From Candidatus Bathyarchaeia archaeon (GTDB taxonomy: Archaea; Thermoproteota; Bathyarchaeia; 40CM-2-53-6), in assembly GCA_049517415.1 (NCBI GenBank), contig JBEKSC010000002.1:1-64000 (forward strand): 64,000 nucleotides of DNA. The letters are read 5' to 3'. The notes under the pieces were generated by a model. That model searched no databases. It was not told the origin of the DNA and saw only the letters and a list, made by a program, of their open reading frames with translations. The position numbers and the translations under genes are program-made. Below are positions 9,842 to 20,254 of this stretch, piece after piece; the first letter of the stretch is position 1; every line of letters starts with the position of its first letter.

Positions 9842-10102
9842 TTGGTATGTGCTATTTGTAAAGGAGATGGAGAAGTAGCTTGTGCCAAATGCAAAGGCAC
9901 AGGCTCAATACCAGCGAAATGCGACGAATGCAAAGGAACCGGCAAACTGACCACTGAGAAGGGCATACTTGAATGCGACATTTGCAACGGTACGGGTCTA
10001 ATTTCAATCAAGTGCAACGAATGCTTCGGCGGCGGCAAACTCGTCTGTGAAGCATGCGGCGGAACAGGCGGCAAAGAAAGCGAAATAGACGACTCCATCT
10101 GA
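9842..10102 (+). CDS. stand-alone DnaJ-type zinc-finger protein (6 x CxxCxGxG)
   Basis: six CxxCxGxG repeats in 86 aa; no J-domain HPD motif. Confidence 0.8.
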   Translation: MVCAICKGDGEVACAKCKGTGSIPAKCDECKGTGKLTTEKGILECDICNGTGLISIKCNECFGGGKLVCEACGGTGGKESEIDDSI

Positions 10103-10218
10103 ATTAACTATCGCCAAACAAAACCAGACAAACCGTCTTGTTAGCGTCAAACTGGCCTGCAATTGGGAGGCAAAGATAAAGCCTCGCCAAGCTTTCCCTA
10201 ACAGGAGTCTGCTTCGCA

Positions 10219-11772
10219 ATGAAAACGACTCTCATCTCAAGTCAAGAGAAATTCCCATTCCTTCGAGAGCTATCCATACAGGACACTAACCCCGGTTCAT
10301 GTACCGGCCCAAAGGATTGGAGCAGCATTCAAGGGCACGAGCTTCTGGAAGTTGTGACTCCGATCGACGGCTCGGTAATTGCTAAGGTGGCACTCGCATC
10401 AGTAGACGACTACGAGCACGTCGTCAAAACCGCTCAGGAAGCTTTCCTCAAATGGCGTTTAACACCCGCACCGGTTCGAGGCCAAATCGTCCGGGAGGTT
10501 AGCGACGAACTTCGCAAGCACAAGGAACAACTTGGCAAGTTAATAACGCTAGAAATGGGCAAAATTATCGCGGAAGGCACCGGAGAAGTTCAGGAAGCTA
10601 TTGATATCGCCGATTTCGCGGTGGGCCTCTCACGCCAGCTCTACGGCCTCACGATGCAATCTGAACGCCCGCTTCACCGAATGTACGAGCAATGGCACCC
10701 CTTAGGCCTCGTAGGCATAATTACGGCCTTCAATTTCCCAGTCGCGGTCTGGTCATGGAACTCCATGATCGCAGCTGTCTGCGGTGACACAATGGTATGG
10801 AAACCTTCCTCGAAAGTCCCGCTTACCGCAATTGCAGTTCAGCACATCGTAAACCGAGTGATGGAACGCCATCAGCTAACGGGAATCTTCACACTCGTAA
10901 TAGGGCGAGGCTCAACGATTGGGGAACGCCTGATCAATGACAAGAGAATCCCGCTAATATCCTCCACTGGGTCAACCGCGATGGGGATGCGCGTTGCCGA
11001 GGCAGCGGCGAAACGACTGGCACGAACCATACTGGAACTGGGTGGCAATAACGGCATAATTGTAGCTGAGGACGCGAACTTAGACCTGGCCGTACGCGCG
11101 ATCCTTTTTGGAGCAGTTGGAACAGCGGGACAACGTTGCACAACGACTAGGAGGATAATCGCGCAGAAGAAGATCATAGACGAATTGACTTCGAGGCTTG
11201 TAAAAGCCTACGGACAAGTTCGCATCGGCGACCCCTTGGATCCCAACATAGTGATGGGGCCATTGGTTGACGAGGAGGCAGTTGCCAACATGATGAAGGC
11301 GATAGAAACCTTACCGAAACAGGGCGGAAAGATTGTTACCGGTGGGAAAAAGCTCGAACGATCCGGGTCCTATGTGACACCAACAATTGTCGGTGTTCCA
11401 GGCAATACGCAATTGGTCTGTGAAGAAACTTTTGCACCGATACTCTACATAATGCCCTACGATACGATTGAGGACGCCGTTAGCCTGCATAACGAAGTCC
11501 CGCAGGGACTGTCCTCAGCAATTTTCACCGAATCCGTCAAAAAAGCGGAGAAGTTTCTCTCCTCCGTAGGCAGTGATTGTGGTATAGCGAACGTGAACAT
11601 TGGCACGTCTGGGGCCGAGATTGGTGGCGCATTCGGTGGGGAGAAGGATACGGGTGGGGGTAGGGAGGCAGGTTCGGATGCTTGGAAACAGTACATGCGC
11701 CGCCAGACGACAACGATTAACTGGGGCGACCAACTGCCGTTAGCACAGGGCATTAAATTCGGTGAAGAATAG
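10219..11772 (+). CDS. aldehyde dehydrogenase, ALDH7/antiquitin (piperideine-6-carboxylate dehydrogenase) type
   Basis: TAFNFPVAVW, LELGGNN, GTAGQRCTT, SGAEIGGAFGGEKDTGGGRE. Confidence 0.92.
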   Translation: MKTTLISSQEKFPFLRELSIQDTNPGSCTGPKDWSSIQGHELLEVVTPIDGSVIAKVALASVDDYEHVVKTAQEAFLKWRLTPAPVRGQIVREVSDELRKHKEQLGKLITLEMGKIIAEGTGEVQEAIDIADFAVGLSRQLYGLTMQSERPLHRMYEQWHPLGLVGIITAFNFPVAVWSWNSMIAAVCGDTMVWKPSSKVPLTAIAVQHIVNRVMERHQLTGIFTLVIGRGSTIGERLINDKRIPLISSTGSTAMGMRVAEAAAKRLARTILELGGNNGIIVAEDANLDLAVRAILFGAVGTAGQRCTTTRRIIAQKKIIDELTSRLVKAYGQVRIGDPLDPNIVMGPLVDEEAVANMMKAIETLPKQGGKIVTGGKKLERSGSYVTPTIVGVPGNTQLVCEETFAPILYIMPYDTIEDAVSLHNEVPQGLSSAIFTESVKKAEKFLSSVGSDCGIANVNIGTSGAEIGGAFGGEKDTGGGREAGSDAWKQYMRRQTTTINWGDQLPLAQGIKFGEE

Positions 11773-11813
11773 GGCAGAAGGATTCAGTGCACCTCTTTAT
11801 TCTGGCAAGTGCT

Positions 11814-12251
11814 CTAAGTGATCTGAACGTGGTCTATTTGGTAGTAACGTTTGGCTAGCATGCGAGTCTTGTCTATTGTTCGGCCGTTCTTACCAATGGC
11901 TAGAGCTTTGTCTTTGGGGTCAACTTCTACGACCACAATTTTGCGGTCGGGCTTCTCGGTTATTCGAACTTCCTTAATCTTCGCTGGCGAGAGACAATTC
12001 CGGATGAGGCCCTCAGCCGTGTCGCCCATTTCGACTACTTCGATTGGTCGCCCGGTCATCTTACGGAGTGCGTTGATGTTTTTGCCACCTTTACCGATCG
12101 CCAACCCCATTTCTCCGGCTTTGGCGACGAAGATTATTCTATCGTCTTCCTCGTCGATTATGCAATCGTTTGCTGTAGCCCCGGTGATGTTTTCAAAGAG
12201 TGCGATAAGCCGCATCGTTTCGCCGGTTAGTTTTATTCCTGAAGTGGCCAT
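11814..12251 (-). CDS. nusA: archaeal NusA (two KH domains)
   Basis: AIGKGG and AIGKNG KH motifs; operon position. Confidence 0.95.
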   Translation of the reverse strand: MATSGIKLTGETMRLIALFENITGATANDCIIDEEDDRIIFVAKAGEMGLAIGKGGKNINALRKMTGRPIEVVEMGDTAEGLIRNCLSPAKIKEVRITEKPDRKIVVVEVDPKDKALAIGKNGRTIDKTRMLAKRYYQIDHVQIT

Positions 12252-12254
12252 GTC

Positions 12255-12569
12255 TTAACCCTCTGCCAACTTTAGAATCTCTGAATCGCCCGGCTCCTTG
12301 ATTGTTAGTACGGCTACTACGAAAGGTTTCAGGCATGCTGCCCCAAGGTCTACGCTGTTACCTGGAAAGTCGAAAATGGGTACGGAGGATTGCTTGGCAT
12401 ATTGAACAATGTTTGTTCTGTATTGCGCGGGGCAGTTGGAGGAGATTATTAGGAGCCTGGCTTTCGCGAACCTTGCAGCGTCAAGGGCTTCCTTAACGCC
12501 CAAGGCAACTTTGCCAGTTTTCACGGCGATCTGAATCTGCTTGGTTACGTCTACTTTTGCGGTTTGCAT
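12255..12569 (-). CDS. rpl30e: 50S ribosomal protein L30e
   Basis: AVKTGKVALG...DLGAACLKPF...PGDSEIL. Confidence 0.95.
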   Translation of the reverse strand: MQTAKVDVTKQIQIAVKTGKVALGVKEALDAARFAKARLLIISSNCPAQYRTNIVQYAKQSSVPIFDFPGNSVDLGAACLKPFVVAVLTIKEPGDSEILKLAEG

Positions 12570-15500
12570 TACTTCTTTTCCTTCTCAGGCATGGACATGT
12601 AAACTTCGATGAGGCCTGTACCCATCGGAACCTGTTGGCCGACGATTACGTTTTCTGCGACTCCGCGTAATGTGTCCCGTGTGCCTTTGACCGCCGCATC
12701 TACGATCGTGGGTATGGTTATTTCAAATGCTGCCTTGGCTAGCGTGCTGGCCTTCTCTCCACTCACACCGTGCCTGCCGACTTGGAGGACTTCACCTGAC
12801 GAAGTCATAGCGTCGGCGACGAGCATAACGTGGCGTACGTCGACGTCGAGGCCTTGCTCCTCGAGAACCGCTGTCGCTTCTTTTATGATGACGTTGCGTC
12901 CGGCTTCAATTCCCAGCACTTCAGCTACTTCGTGCATATTGTTCGAAATTGTTCGGGTCGTATCTACGCCTTCGGTTTCAAGAGTTAATTCGAGGTTGGA
13001 ACCTTCAGTTCGAATGACCCACTCGCTTTTCTCGCCTGTTTTCTCTTCCATGACTAGTGCACGTTTCACTTGTGGGATTCCTTTCACGTGCATCAACGGC
13101 AGCCTCAATACGAGTCGGTTGAATTGTGCTATGTCCATATCTTGTGGTGCGATGTGGACGGTGTTCCTTTCCACTTCTACTTTGCATCCGCCAGGCGTCA
13201 CGGCGGCTTTCACGTCTTTGAGGGATACTTCTCTTTCCCTCATGGCTTCATTGTTCAGGGTGACGATAATCCGCATCTTTGTAATATCAGATTCAAGGCT
13301 TGAAGCGATGTCGCCTAATGTTGTGTGAGTGATGCTCGTAGCAACTTCCTGCGCCTTGTCGCGGCTCGTGCGCCGTTTCTTGTCGAGGTAGACTATCATG
13401 CTTGGTGTGGACGGAATCTTCCGTGCGTCAACGATTTCGATTAGCCTCGGAAGGCCTAGGGTCACGTTCTGTTCTCTGACACCTGCAAAGTGGAATGTTC
13501 TAAGCGTCATCTGAGTTCCTGGCTCACCGATTGATTGGGCCGAGACTATTCCAGCAGCTTCTCCAGGTTCGATCATCGCTTTACGGTAGTTTTTGACGGC
13601 TTCCTTTATTGCTGCGTCAACTCCCTTCCGTGTGAGTTTCGCGCGGAGCAGGCTATCTTTTAGTTGCCCCAAGAGGCTTGGCGTGAGGTCTTCTTTGACA
13701 TCTGCAACTTTCCTCTCAATGTAGGCCTTGCTAGCCCTTGCGCCCTTCTCGATTGTGAGTGCGACCCGTTCGACCAGGCGTTCCGTATTCACTGCTTTGC
13801 CGTGGTCACTTTTGGCGGTGTCAACTCCGTCTTCGCCATACCTGAATTGTATTATGTCACCCCTTGAGTCGCGAACTGTCCCATCATATTCAACCCGAAT
13901 GTGTTCGAGTGCGTTGATCAGCCTGCGTTGCATGTAGCCGCTTTGTTGCGTCCTCACGGCCGTGTCCACAAGTCCTTCTCTGCCGCCCATTGAGTGGAAG
14001 AAAAATTCTACCGGGGTTAAGCCTTCCTGGTAGGAGGCGTAGACGAACCCGCGAGCTTCCGCACCTACGTCGCCCCTTTCAAAGAATGAGAGTGCCCTGT
14101 CCCTGTAACCCCGCCTGATTCGCTGGCCTCGGATTGATTGTTGGCCTACTGTGGCCACCATTTGCGCGATGTTTAGCATTGAGCCGCGAGCTCCGGTCTT
14201 GGTCATTATGACTCCCGAATTGTCGACCTCAGTCTTGAGGTACTGTTCTGCCAGTTCGCCGGCTTGGTCGCGCGCCTTGGAAAGTTCATCCATGATTCGA
14301 AGTTCAAGGGACTCTTGAAGCGTACGGCCAGGTAGCCTTTCAAGCGTTTTCCTCTTGTATTGATCAATTAGTTCTTGAACATGTTCTTCGGCCTTCTTAA
14401 CCGATTTAGTTATCTTGTCTCTGACCGCGGGTGAAATATCGAGTTCATCAATTCCGTAGCTAAATCCTCTCAGCGTTATGAAACGGTCAAGGAGTTTGAT
14501 CAAGCCGTTTAGGAAGTTGCGGCCTGGTTCAGAACCGCTGTCTTTCACTATTCTGTGGAAGAGGGTTTCGGAACGTTCAGCACCGATTGTGTTCTTGTCT
14601 ATGACTCCTTCAATTAGCATCCCGTCTTTTACTACGACTGAGCTACCGTCTTCCTGCGTGATCATGCTCGACTTGGCGACGAAGTTGAAACCCGCCGGAA
14701 GGAATAAACTGAAGATTTGCTTCCCGCTCCAGAGCTCGTCCGGGCGCTTTATCGCGGGTGTTGGGAGTTCCCCGTTGTACCCTGCCGCAACTAGGAGCTT
14801 TCCAACCTCTTCTTTGGTTAAGTAGGTTGACTTTCTCGTGAGGAGATATGCTGCCGTGAGTAAGTCGGTTTTTGCGCCAATTATTGGGCCTCCATAGCGT
14901 GGTGAGAGAATCTGGTCTTGTACTTGCATGAGGAGTTTTGCTTCCGTTCTTGCTTCCTCGCCCTGGGGGACGTGGAGGTTCATTTCGTCGCCATCAAAGT
15001 CCGCATTGTACGGCGGGCATACGCATGGGTTGAGCCTGAAGGTCTTGTAGGGGAGTACTTTCACAGTGTGCGCCATTATCGACATTCGGTGGAGTGAAGG
15101 TTGTCGGTTGAAGAGGACAATGTCTCCATCCCTAATGTGGCGTTCCACAATGAACCCTGCCTGAATTGCGTCAGCTAGGCTTTCGCGTTCAGTGACGAAT
15201 TCCAATCTGACTCTTCGCCCGTCGGGCCTTACAATGTAGAGGGCGCCAGGGTATTGGTCTGGTCCGTTTCTGATGAGTCGTTTCAACTCATCAATATTCC
15301 ATGGGGTGACCCTCTCGGGGATAGTGAGTCGCTGGGCTACATCGAGTGGTACACCGACTTCGTTGATGTCGATATTTGGATCGGGTGAGATTACGGTCCT
15401 AGCCGAGAAGTCAACACGCTTTCCGGAAAGGTTACCCCTGAACCTTCCTTCTTTGCCTTTGAGCCTTTGGCTGAGCGTTTTCAGGGCGCGCCCAGACCTA

Positions 15501-16381
15501 TGTCGTGCGGGTGGTAGTCCGGAAACCTCATTGTCAAAGTAGGTAGTGACGTGGTATTGGAGTAGTTCGTGGAGTTCTTGGATGATGTTGACGGGAACAC
15601 CTGACTCTAGGGCTTCTTTCAGTTTCTGATTTATCCTGATAATGTCGACGAGCTTGTGCGTAAGGTCGTCCTCTGAGCGTATTCCTGACTCGAGTGTGAT
15701 GGAGGGTCGGACCGTTACAGCTGGGACGGGTAGAACTTGTAGGATCATCCACTCAGGCCGTGCAGCGGTGGGCTCCATACCTAATAATCGAAGGTCGTCG
15801 TCTGGGATCCTTTCTAGTCGCTCGCGAATTTGGCTTGGGTTTAACCTAGCGGCGCCGCCTTCCACCGTTTCATGGAAGGTTGTCGGTTTCGCGTGTTCAA
15901 TTGGGTTTTGACGGGCTCCGCAGTGTGGGCATTCCTGGCTCTTCTTCGCATCCTTCATGACAGCTTCGTAGAAGGTAGATGGAACTTCGTTGAGTTGCTT
16001 TTGCTCTCTTTGCATCTGTTCATTGTATGACTTGATTTTGTCGGCTGAGAGTAATATGCGTCCACAGTTTCGGCATGTCACTTGGAGCAGTTTGTGAAGC
16101 AGCTTCGCAAAAGCCACGTGGACCACTGGTTCCGATAACTCTATGTGTCCGAAGTGTCCGGGGCATGCAGAGGCAGTGTTGCCGCACGTCTTGCACTTCT
16201 GTCGTGGTTCTAGTGTGCCGAGTCGGCCGTCCATCAGGCCCGAAACGATTGGAACACCATCCTCGTCGTACGTGTCGGCCGTTTGAATCTCAACCGCGGA
16301 GAGTTTGCGTATTTCGCTGGGGGAAGTGAGAGTGAAATGTATACTGCCGATTACCTTAGTTGGTTCTTCAGCTACTGACAT
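12569..16381 (-). CDS. rpoA: RNA polymerase largest subunit Rpo1, fused A'+A''
   Basis: NADFDGD active site and the A''-type GEPGTQMTLRTFH in one ORF; likely ATG at 16381. Confidence 0.97.
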   Translation of the reverse strand: MSVAEEPTKVIGSIHFTLTSPSEIRKLSAVEIQTADTYDEDGVPIVSGLMDGRLGTLEPRQKCKTCGNTASACPGHFGHIELSEPVVHVAFAKLLHKLLQVTCRNCGRILLSADKIKSYNEQMQREQKQLNEVPSTFYEAVMKDAKKSQECPHCGARQNPIEHAKPTTFHETVEGGAARLNPSQIRERLERIPDDDLRLLGMEPTAARPEWMILQVLPVPAVTVRPSITLESGIRSEDDLTHKLVDIIRINQKLKEALESGVPVNIIQELHELLQYHVTTYFDNEVSGLPPARHRSGRALKTLSQRLKGKEGRFRGNLSGKRVDFSARTVISPDPNIDINEVGVPLDVAQRLTIPERVTPWNIDELKRLIRNGPDQYPGALYIVRPDGRRVRLEFVTERESLADAIQAGFIVERHIRDGDIVLFNRQPSLHRMSIMAHTVKVLPYKTFRLNPCVCPPYNADFDGDEMNLHVPQGEEARTEAKLLMQVQDQILSPRYGGPIIGAKTDLLTAAYLLTRKSTYLTKEEVGKLLVAAGYNGELPTPAIKRPDELWSGKQIFSLFLPAGFNFVAKSSMITQEDGSSVVVKDGMLIEGVIDKNTIGAERSETLFHRIVKDSGSEPGRNFLNGLIKLLDRFITLRGFSYGIDELDISPAVRDKITKSVKKAEEHVQELIDQYKRKTLERLPGRTLQESLELRIMDELSKARDQAGELAEQYLKTEVDNSGVIMTKTGARGSMLNIAQMVATVGQQSIRGQRIRRGYRDRALSFFERGDVGAEARGFVYASYQEGLTPVEFFFHSMGGREGLVDTAVRTQQSGYMQRRLINALEHIRVEYDGTVRDSRGDIIQFRYGEDGVDTAKSDHGKAVNTERLVERVALTIEKGARASKAYIERKVADVKEDLTPSLLGQLKDSLLRAKLTRKGVDAAIKEAVKNYRKAMIEPGEAAGIVSAQSIGEPGTQMTLRTFHFAGVREQNVTLGLPRLIEIVDARKIPSTPSMIVYLDKKRRTSRDKAQEVATSITHTTLGDIASSLESDITKMRIIVTLNNEAMREREVSLKDVKAAVTPGGCKVEVERNTVHIAPQDMDIAQFNRLVLRLPLMHVKGIPQVKRALVMEEKTGEKSEWVIRTEGSNLELTLETEGVDTTRTISNNMHEVAEVLGIEAGRNVIIKEATAVLEEQGLDVDVRHVMLVADAMTSSGEVLQVGRHGVSGEKASTLAKAAFEITIPTIVDAAVKGTRDTLRGVAENVIVGQQVPMGTGLIEVYMSMPEKEKK

Positions 16382-16382
16382 T

Positions 16383-19300
16383 CTAAGCACGCTCCGATAC
16401 TTCTAGACGAGGCGCTATGCCGAGCGCCATCAGTTCTTGGAGTAGCAGTTTGAACGCGTACGAAAGCTGCACGCCGGATATGAGGGCTTTGTCGCCGTCG
16501 ATCCTACAAATGTACTTGTTCTGTTTCACGTCGTGGTAGGCCAATAAGCCGCACACTTCGCAAACCATAACCGTGTACTTGTCGGATTCCTCGAGGAGCC
16601 GGTCTCGCAAGAGCGCCGACGCCCCGTGGCCAATTAGGCAATCCCTTTCCATTTCGCCGAATCTGAGGCCCCCGCCCCTGGCGCGGCCTTCTGTCGGTTG
16701 CCGTGTGAGCATCTGTACTTGTCCGCGGGCGCGTGCGTGCATTTTGTCGGCGACCATGTGGTGTAGTTTCTGGTAGTAGACGACTCCGATGAAGACATCG
16801 GCGACAAGTTTCTTGCCGTCTACTCCGTTGTAGAGGACTTCTCTTCCGCTGTGTTGGAAACCTAACTCGAGAAGCGCGTCCCGCAGAGCAGCGGGGCCCT
16901 CGTTGCTGAAAGCCGTTCCGTCGACCGCTTCTCCGCGAAGGCTTGCAACCTTCCCTCCTACTGCTTCAACAAACTGGCCGATGGTCATGCGCGATGGGAT
17001 CGCATGCGGATTAATGATAACGTCGGGTACGACTCCCTGTTCAGTGAAGGGCATGTTCTCTTGTGGGATCAGTGTTCCGATGACTCCTTTCTGTCCGTGC
17101 CTTGACGCGAATTTGTCGCCGAGTTCTGGTATTCGCGTGTCTCGAACGCGGGCTTTCACTAGGCGGTTGCCTTCAATCGATTCGCTGAGGAAAACTGCGT
17201 CCACTATGCCTTCTTCTGATGGGCGCATGCCGACCGATGAATCCCGTTTTGTTGGGCCTTTGACCTCGAATTCCCGGTATTCTTCAAGGAACCTTGGTGG
17301 GCTCGTTCTACCGATTAGCACGGAGTTTCCGGTAACTTCTGATTCAACCGAAATGACTCCGTCTTCTTCCAAGAGCCTGTAGTACCTGTCACCCCTGTAG
17401 CCTCGAATTCCCGCTTCAGGTACTTCGAACTTATCGCGTAGGCCACCGAGGTATTGCCTACACTCTCCTTCGTACACTCTGTAGAAGGTTGAACGGAAGA
17501 GTCCGCGGTCGACGGATGACTTGTTGATGATGATAGCGTCTTCCATGTTGTAGCCTTGGTAGCAGAGAAGTGCTACGACGCAGTTCTGGCCGGCCGGCCT
17601 GCTGTCATACTTGATGATGTCCATGGGTTTCGTTCTAACGACGGGAACCTGTGGGTAGTGCAGGATGTGAGCACGGGAGTCCACGCGGTTTGCGTAGTTA
17701 ACGCAGAAAACGCCAAGCGCTTGCTTCGCCATCGCCGATTCGTAGGCGTTGCGTGGTGATTGGTTGTGTTCGGGGTAGGGAATTAGGGATGCACAGATCC
17801 CGAGTATTGTGTATGGGGCGATTTCGAGGTGCGTGGTTTTTTCGTTGATTCGGTTTGGGGATGGTGCGATTAGAGTGCTTTCTTCCTCGTCGGCGTCCAA
17901 GTACTCAATGACGCCTTTGTCCACCAGATCTTCCCAGCGCATTTCGCCCCGCGAAACTGCTTCTACGTGTTCACGCGTTAAGCGTGGCTTAGAATTCTCA
18001 ACGATAATTAGCGGCCTTCTCACCCGACCTTGGTCGCAGTTAACGTAAAGATCCTGCCTTCCTCCTTCAACTTGTGGCGGGGAATAGGCGACATTCACTT
18101 CGGAACTTATTTCAGCATTCCTTCGCATCCGAATGAGTTCTGCCGAAAGTTTGTCTGCATCGCCAGTGTACCCTGCGATGAGGCCGTCAACGAAAACTTT
18201 AGCGCCCACTTCACGAAGTTTGCTGTCTGCTTCATCTACTGTGACCACGCCCATCCTTCGGAGTTTGGACACGAATTCTCGCGAATCAACGCCGATGGAT
18301 ATGACGGCGCTGAGGGCTAGGTTCTTGACGAGGCCGCAGTTCGAGCCTTCAGGTGTTTCGCTGGGACAGAGCCTTCCCCAATGTGTTGGGTGTAGGTCTC
18401 TGGCTTCGAGGTTTGGTTGGCTCCTGCTCAGCGGAGATTGGAGCCTTCGAAGGTGACTTAGTGTTGATGCGTAATTTGTTCGATCTAGGAGTTGGGTTAC
18501 GCCGACTCGACCGCGAACCCAATTGCCGGTGGCTATCGCGTGTTGGATTCGTTCAGTGATAATTCCAGGTCGAATTGCGTTACTTATTGAAAGTTCAGCG
18601 TGCCTGCGAATCGTGATTCTTTCAAGCTGATACTTGAGGTCACGGATGAGGTTCCTGAAGGATATTCGGAAAAGTTCGGCCAGTAGAGACCCCGCGAGCT
18701 TCAACCGTTTGTTCGCGTAATGGTCCTTATCGTCGGGCCCCCTCATTCCAAGTTTCAGTTCAATTACTCTGCATCCGACTTCCGCGATGCATGCCGCCTT
18801 CTCCTTCCTGTCCTCAGGGTTCCGTCCAATATGGGGGAGAAAGTTTCTGTCAACCGAAGCCTCGGCCTTCTTTAAGCGGTAATCTTCGACCTGGCCGGGA
18901 GCCAACCTGTTTCCAATGTAGAGGAGTGCGTCCCTCTGCGTGACGACTCCGACGGACTTCTCGAAGGTTGGTGCAAGTTGATTTTGAAGCGTTTCGTCCG
19001 GGGATATCATTTCGGCAATTTTCGAATCTTCTTCGTAGCCGAGCGACTTTATCATCACTACTATTGGAATGTCCGATGGGACTCCTGGCATTGTAATGTA
19101 CATAGCACCGTCAGTTTTCAAAGTGACTTCTGTTCTGGCTCTGAAGCCGACGGTAGTCGAGAAAATCTTCGCCTTATAGGTCGGGTGAACACCTGTTTGC
19201 TCTTTGTCCACGAGAATCTTGTTCGCTGCCAAGTCTTCTAGCGCGACTACGACGCGTTCCGCGCCATTTACTATGAAGTAACCACCGGGGTCAAGCGGGT

Positions 19301-19745
19301 CTTCACCAATGCTGATGAGTTCTTCAGCCGACATTCGGGAAAGCGGGCAGATTTTCGAGCGGAGCATTACGGGGAAGTCCCCGATGTAGACGATCTCAGT
19401 CTGCCCTTCTCTTTCACCAATGACTGGCGTCATTTCCAGATGTAAGGGAGCCGCGTATGTGAGATTGCGAATTCTCGCTTCGGTGGGAAAAATCTGCCGT
19501 TCCGATCCGTCTACTTCGGTAACACGGGGCGTTCCAATCTCGATCTTCCCCAGCTTGATCTTAAGCGGGTAGTCTTCAATTTCGATCGGTATTTCTCCTG
19601 TCTCGTCGACAATAGCTTGCAGCCCAGTTTCGATGTATTCGTTATACGAGTCGATGTGCTGCCTAACTAGCCCTTTCTCGTCCAGGAAATGTTTGATTAG
19701 ATCCCAGATTTGAGGGCTAACCATTCCACTTGTAGTTACAGTCAT
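16383..19745 (-). CDS. rpoB: RNA polymerase subunit Rpo2 (B, unsplit)
   Basis: GDKFASRHGQKG, RFGEMERD, C-terminal zinc site; 1120 aa. Confidence 0.97.
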   Translation of the reverse strand: MTVTTSGMVSPQIWDLIKHFLDEKGLVRQHIDSYNEYIETGLQAIVDETGEIPIEIEDYPLKIKLGKIEIGTPRVTEVDGSERQIFPTEARIRNLTYAAPLHLEMTPVIGEREGQTEIVYIGDFPVMLRSKICPLSRMSAEELISIGEDPLDPGGYFIVNGAERVVVALEDLAANKILVDKEQTGVHPTYKAKIFSTTVGFRARTEVTLKTDGAMYITMPGVPSDIPIVVMIKSLGYEEDSKIAEMISPDETLQNQLAPTFEKSVGVVTQRDALLYIGNRLAPGQVEDYRLKKAEASVDRNFLPHIGRNPEDRKEKAACIAEVGCRVIELKLGMRGPDDKDHYANKRLKLAGSLLAELFRISFRNLIRDLKYQLERITIRRHAELSISNAIRPGIITERIQHAIATGNWVRGRVGVTQLLDRTNYASTLSHLRRLQSPLSRSQPNLEARDLHPTHWGRLCPSETPEGSNCGLVKNLALSAVISIGVDSREFVSKLRRMGVVTVDEADSKLREVGAKVFVDGLIAGYTGDADKLSAELIRMRRNAEISSEVNVAYSPPQVEGGRQDLYVNCDQGRVRRPLIIVENSKPRLTREHVEAVSRGEMRWEDLVDKGVIEYLDADEEESTLIAPSPNRINEKTTHLEIAPYTILGICASLIPYPEHNQSPRNAYESAMAKQALGVFCVNYANRVDSRAHILHYPQVPVVRTKPMDIIKYDSRPAGQNCVVALLCYQGYNMEDAIIINKSSVDRGLFRSTFYRVYEGECRQYLGGLRDKFEVPEAGIRGYRGDRYYRLLEEDGVISVESEVTGNSVLIGRTSPPRFLEEYREFEVKGPTKRDSSVGMRPSEEGIVDAVFLSESIEGNRLVKARVRDTRIPELGDKFASRHGQKGVIGTLIPQENMPFTEQGVVPDVIINPHAIPSRMTIGQFVEAVGGKVASLRGEAVDGTAFSNEGPAALRDALLELGFQHSGREVLYNGVDGKKLVADVFIGVVYYQKLHHMVADKMHARARGQVQMLTRQPTEGRARGGGLRFGEMERDCLIGHGASALLRDRLLEESDKYTVMVCEVCGLLAYHDVKQNKYICRIDGDKALISGVQLSYAFKLLLQELMALGIAPRLEVSERA

Positions 19746-19754
19746 AAATCCACC

Positions 19755-20021
19755 TTAACCATCAACAACATAACGATAAACGACTACTTCGCCAGCGGTA
19801 GCGCTCTTACGGGTAATACGCAGGATGTCGCCCATCTTTGCTCCCAGGACTTCAGCAGTAGGATCACTAGTCTTGATGTATGGTAGCTGATGTGGCCTGA
19901 TATGGAATTCCCGCATCAATTCTTCTGCTTCTTTCTTGGAAAGAAGTTCATGTTTAGGGACAAATGAATGTCCGAAAATGTTGTATGACCTCTCCTTTTC
20001 GGTATCCTTCAATCTAGGCAT
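19755..20021 (-). CDS. rpoH: RNA polymerase subunit Rpo5 (H)
   Basis: HSFVPKHELL...LPYIKTSDP...GDILRITRKSATAG..YRYV; likely ATG at 20021. Confidence 0.93.
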   Translation of the reverse strand: MPRLKDTEKERSYNIFGHSFVPKHELLSKKEAEELMREFHIRPHQLPYIKTSDPTAEVLGAKMGDILRITRKSATAGEVVVYRYVVDG

Positions 20022-20254
20022 TCTCTCCACGGAGAAAAGATTCATCCGGCCCTCGTTTGGAGCCCTTCCGAAACTTTCCGTACATGCACCGGGACCCACG
20101 CTAATAAAGTTTCGTGCAGAAAAAGCGCTCCGCTAAATGAAGAAGCTGCTTCCGAACCGAAATTTCGGAGCAGATGACGACCCGATCGACGATTACATTC
20201 TATGTGGGAGCTCATTAATTATGTTTGAGGCACACCCAAACTAACCCAATCCCT

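Noticed and set aside
12609..19241. Many plus-strand ORFs within rpoA/rpoB, and similar antisense ORFs elsewhere
   Set aside because: Shadow frames of strong genes with no motifs
12569..19745. Inteins in RNA polymerase subunits
   Set aside because: Lengths are normal and no intein terminal or LAGLIDADG motifs were seen
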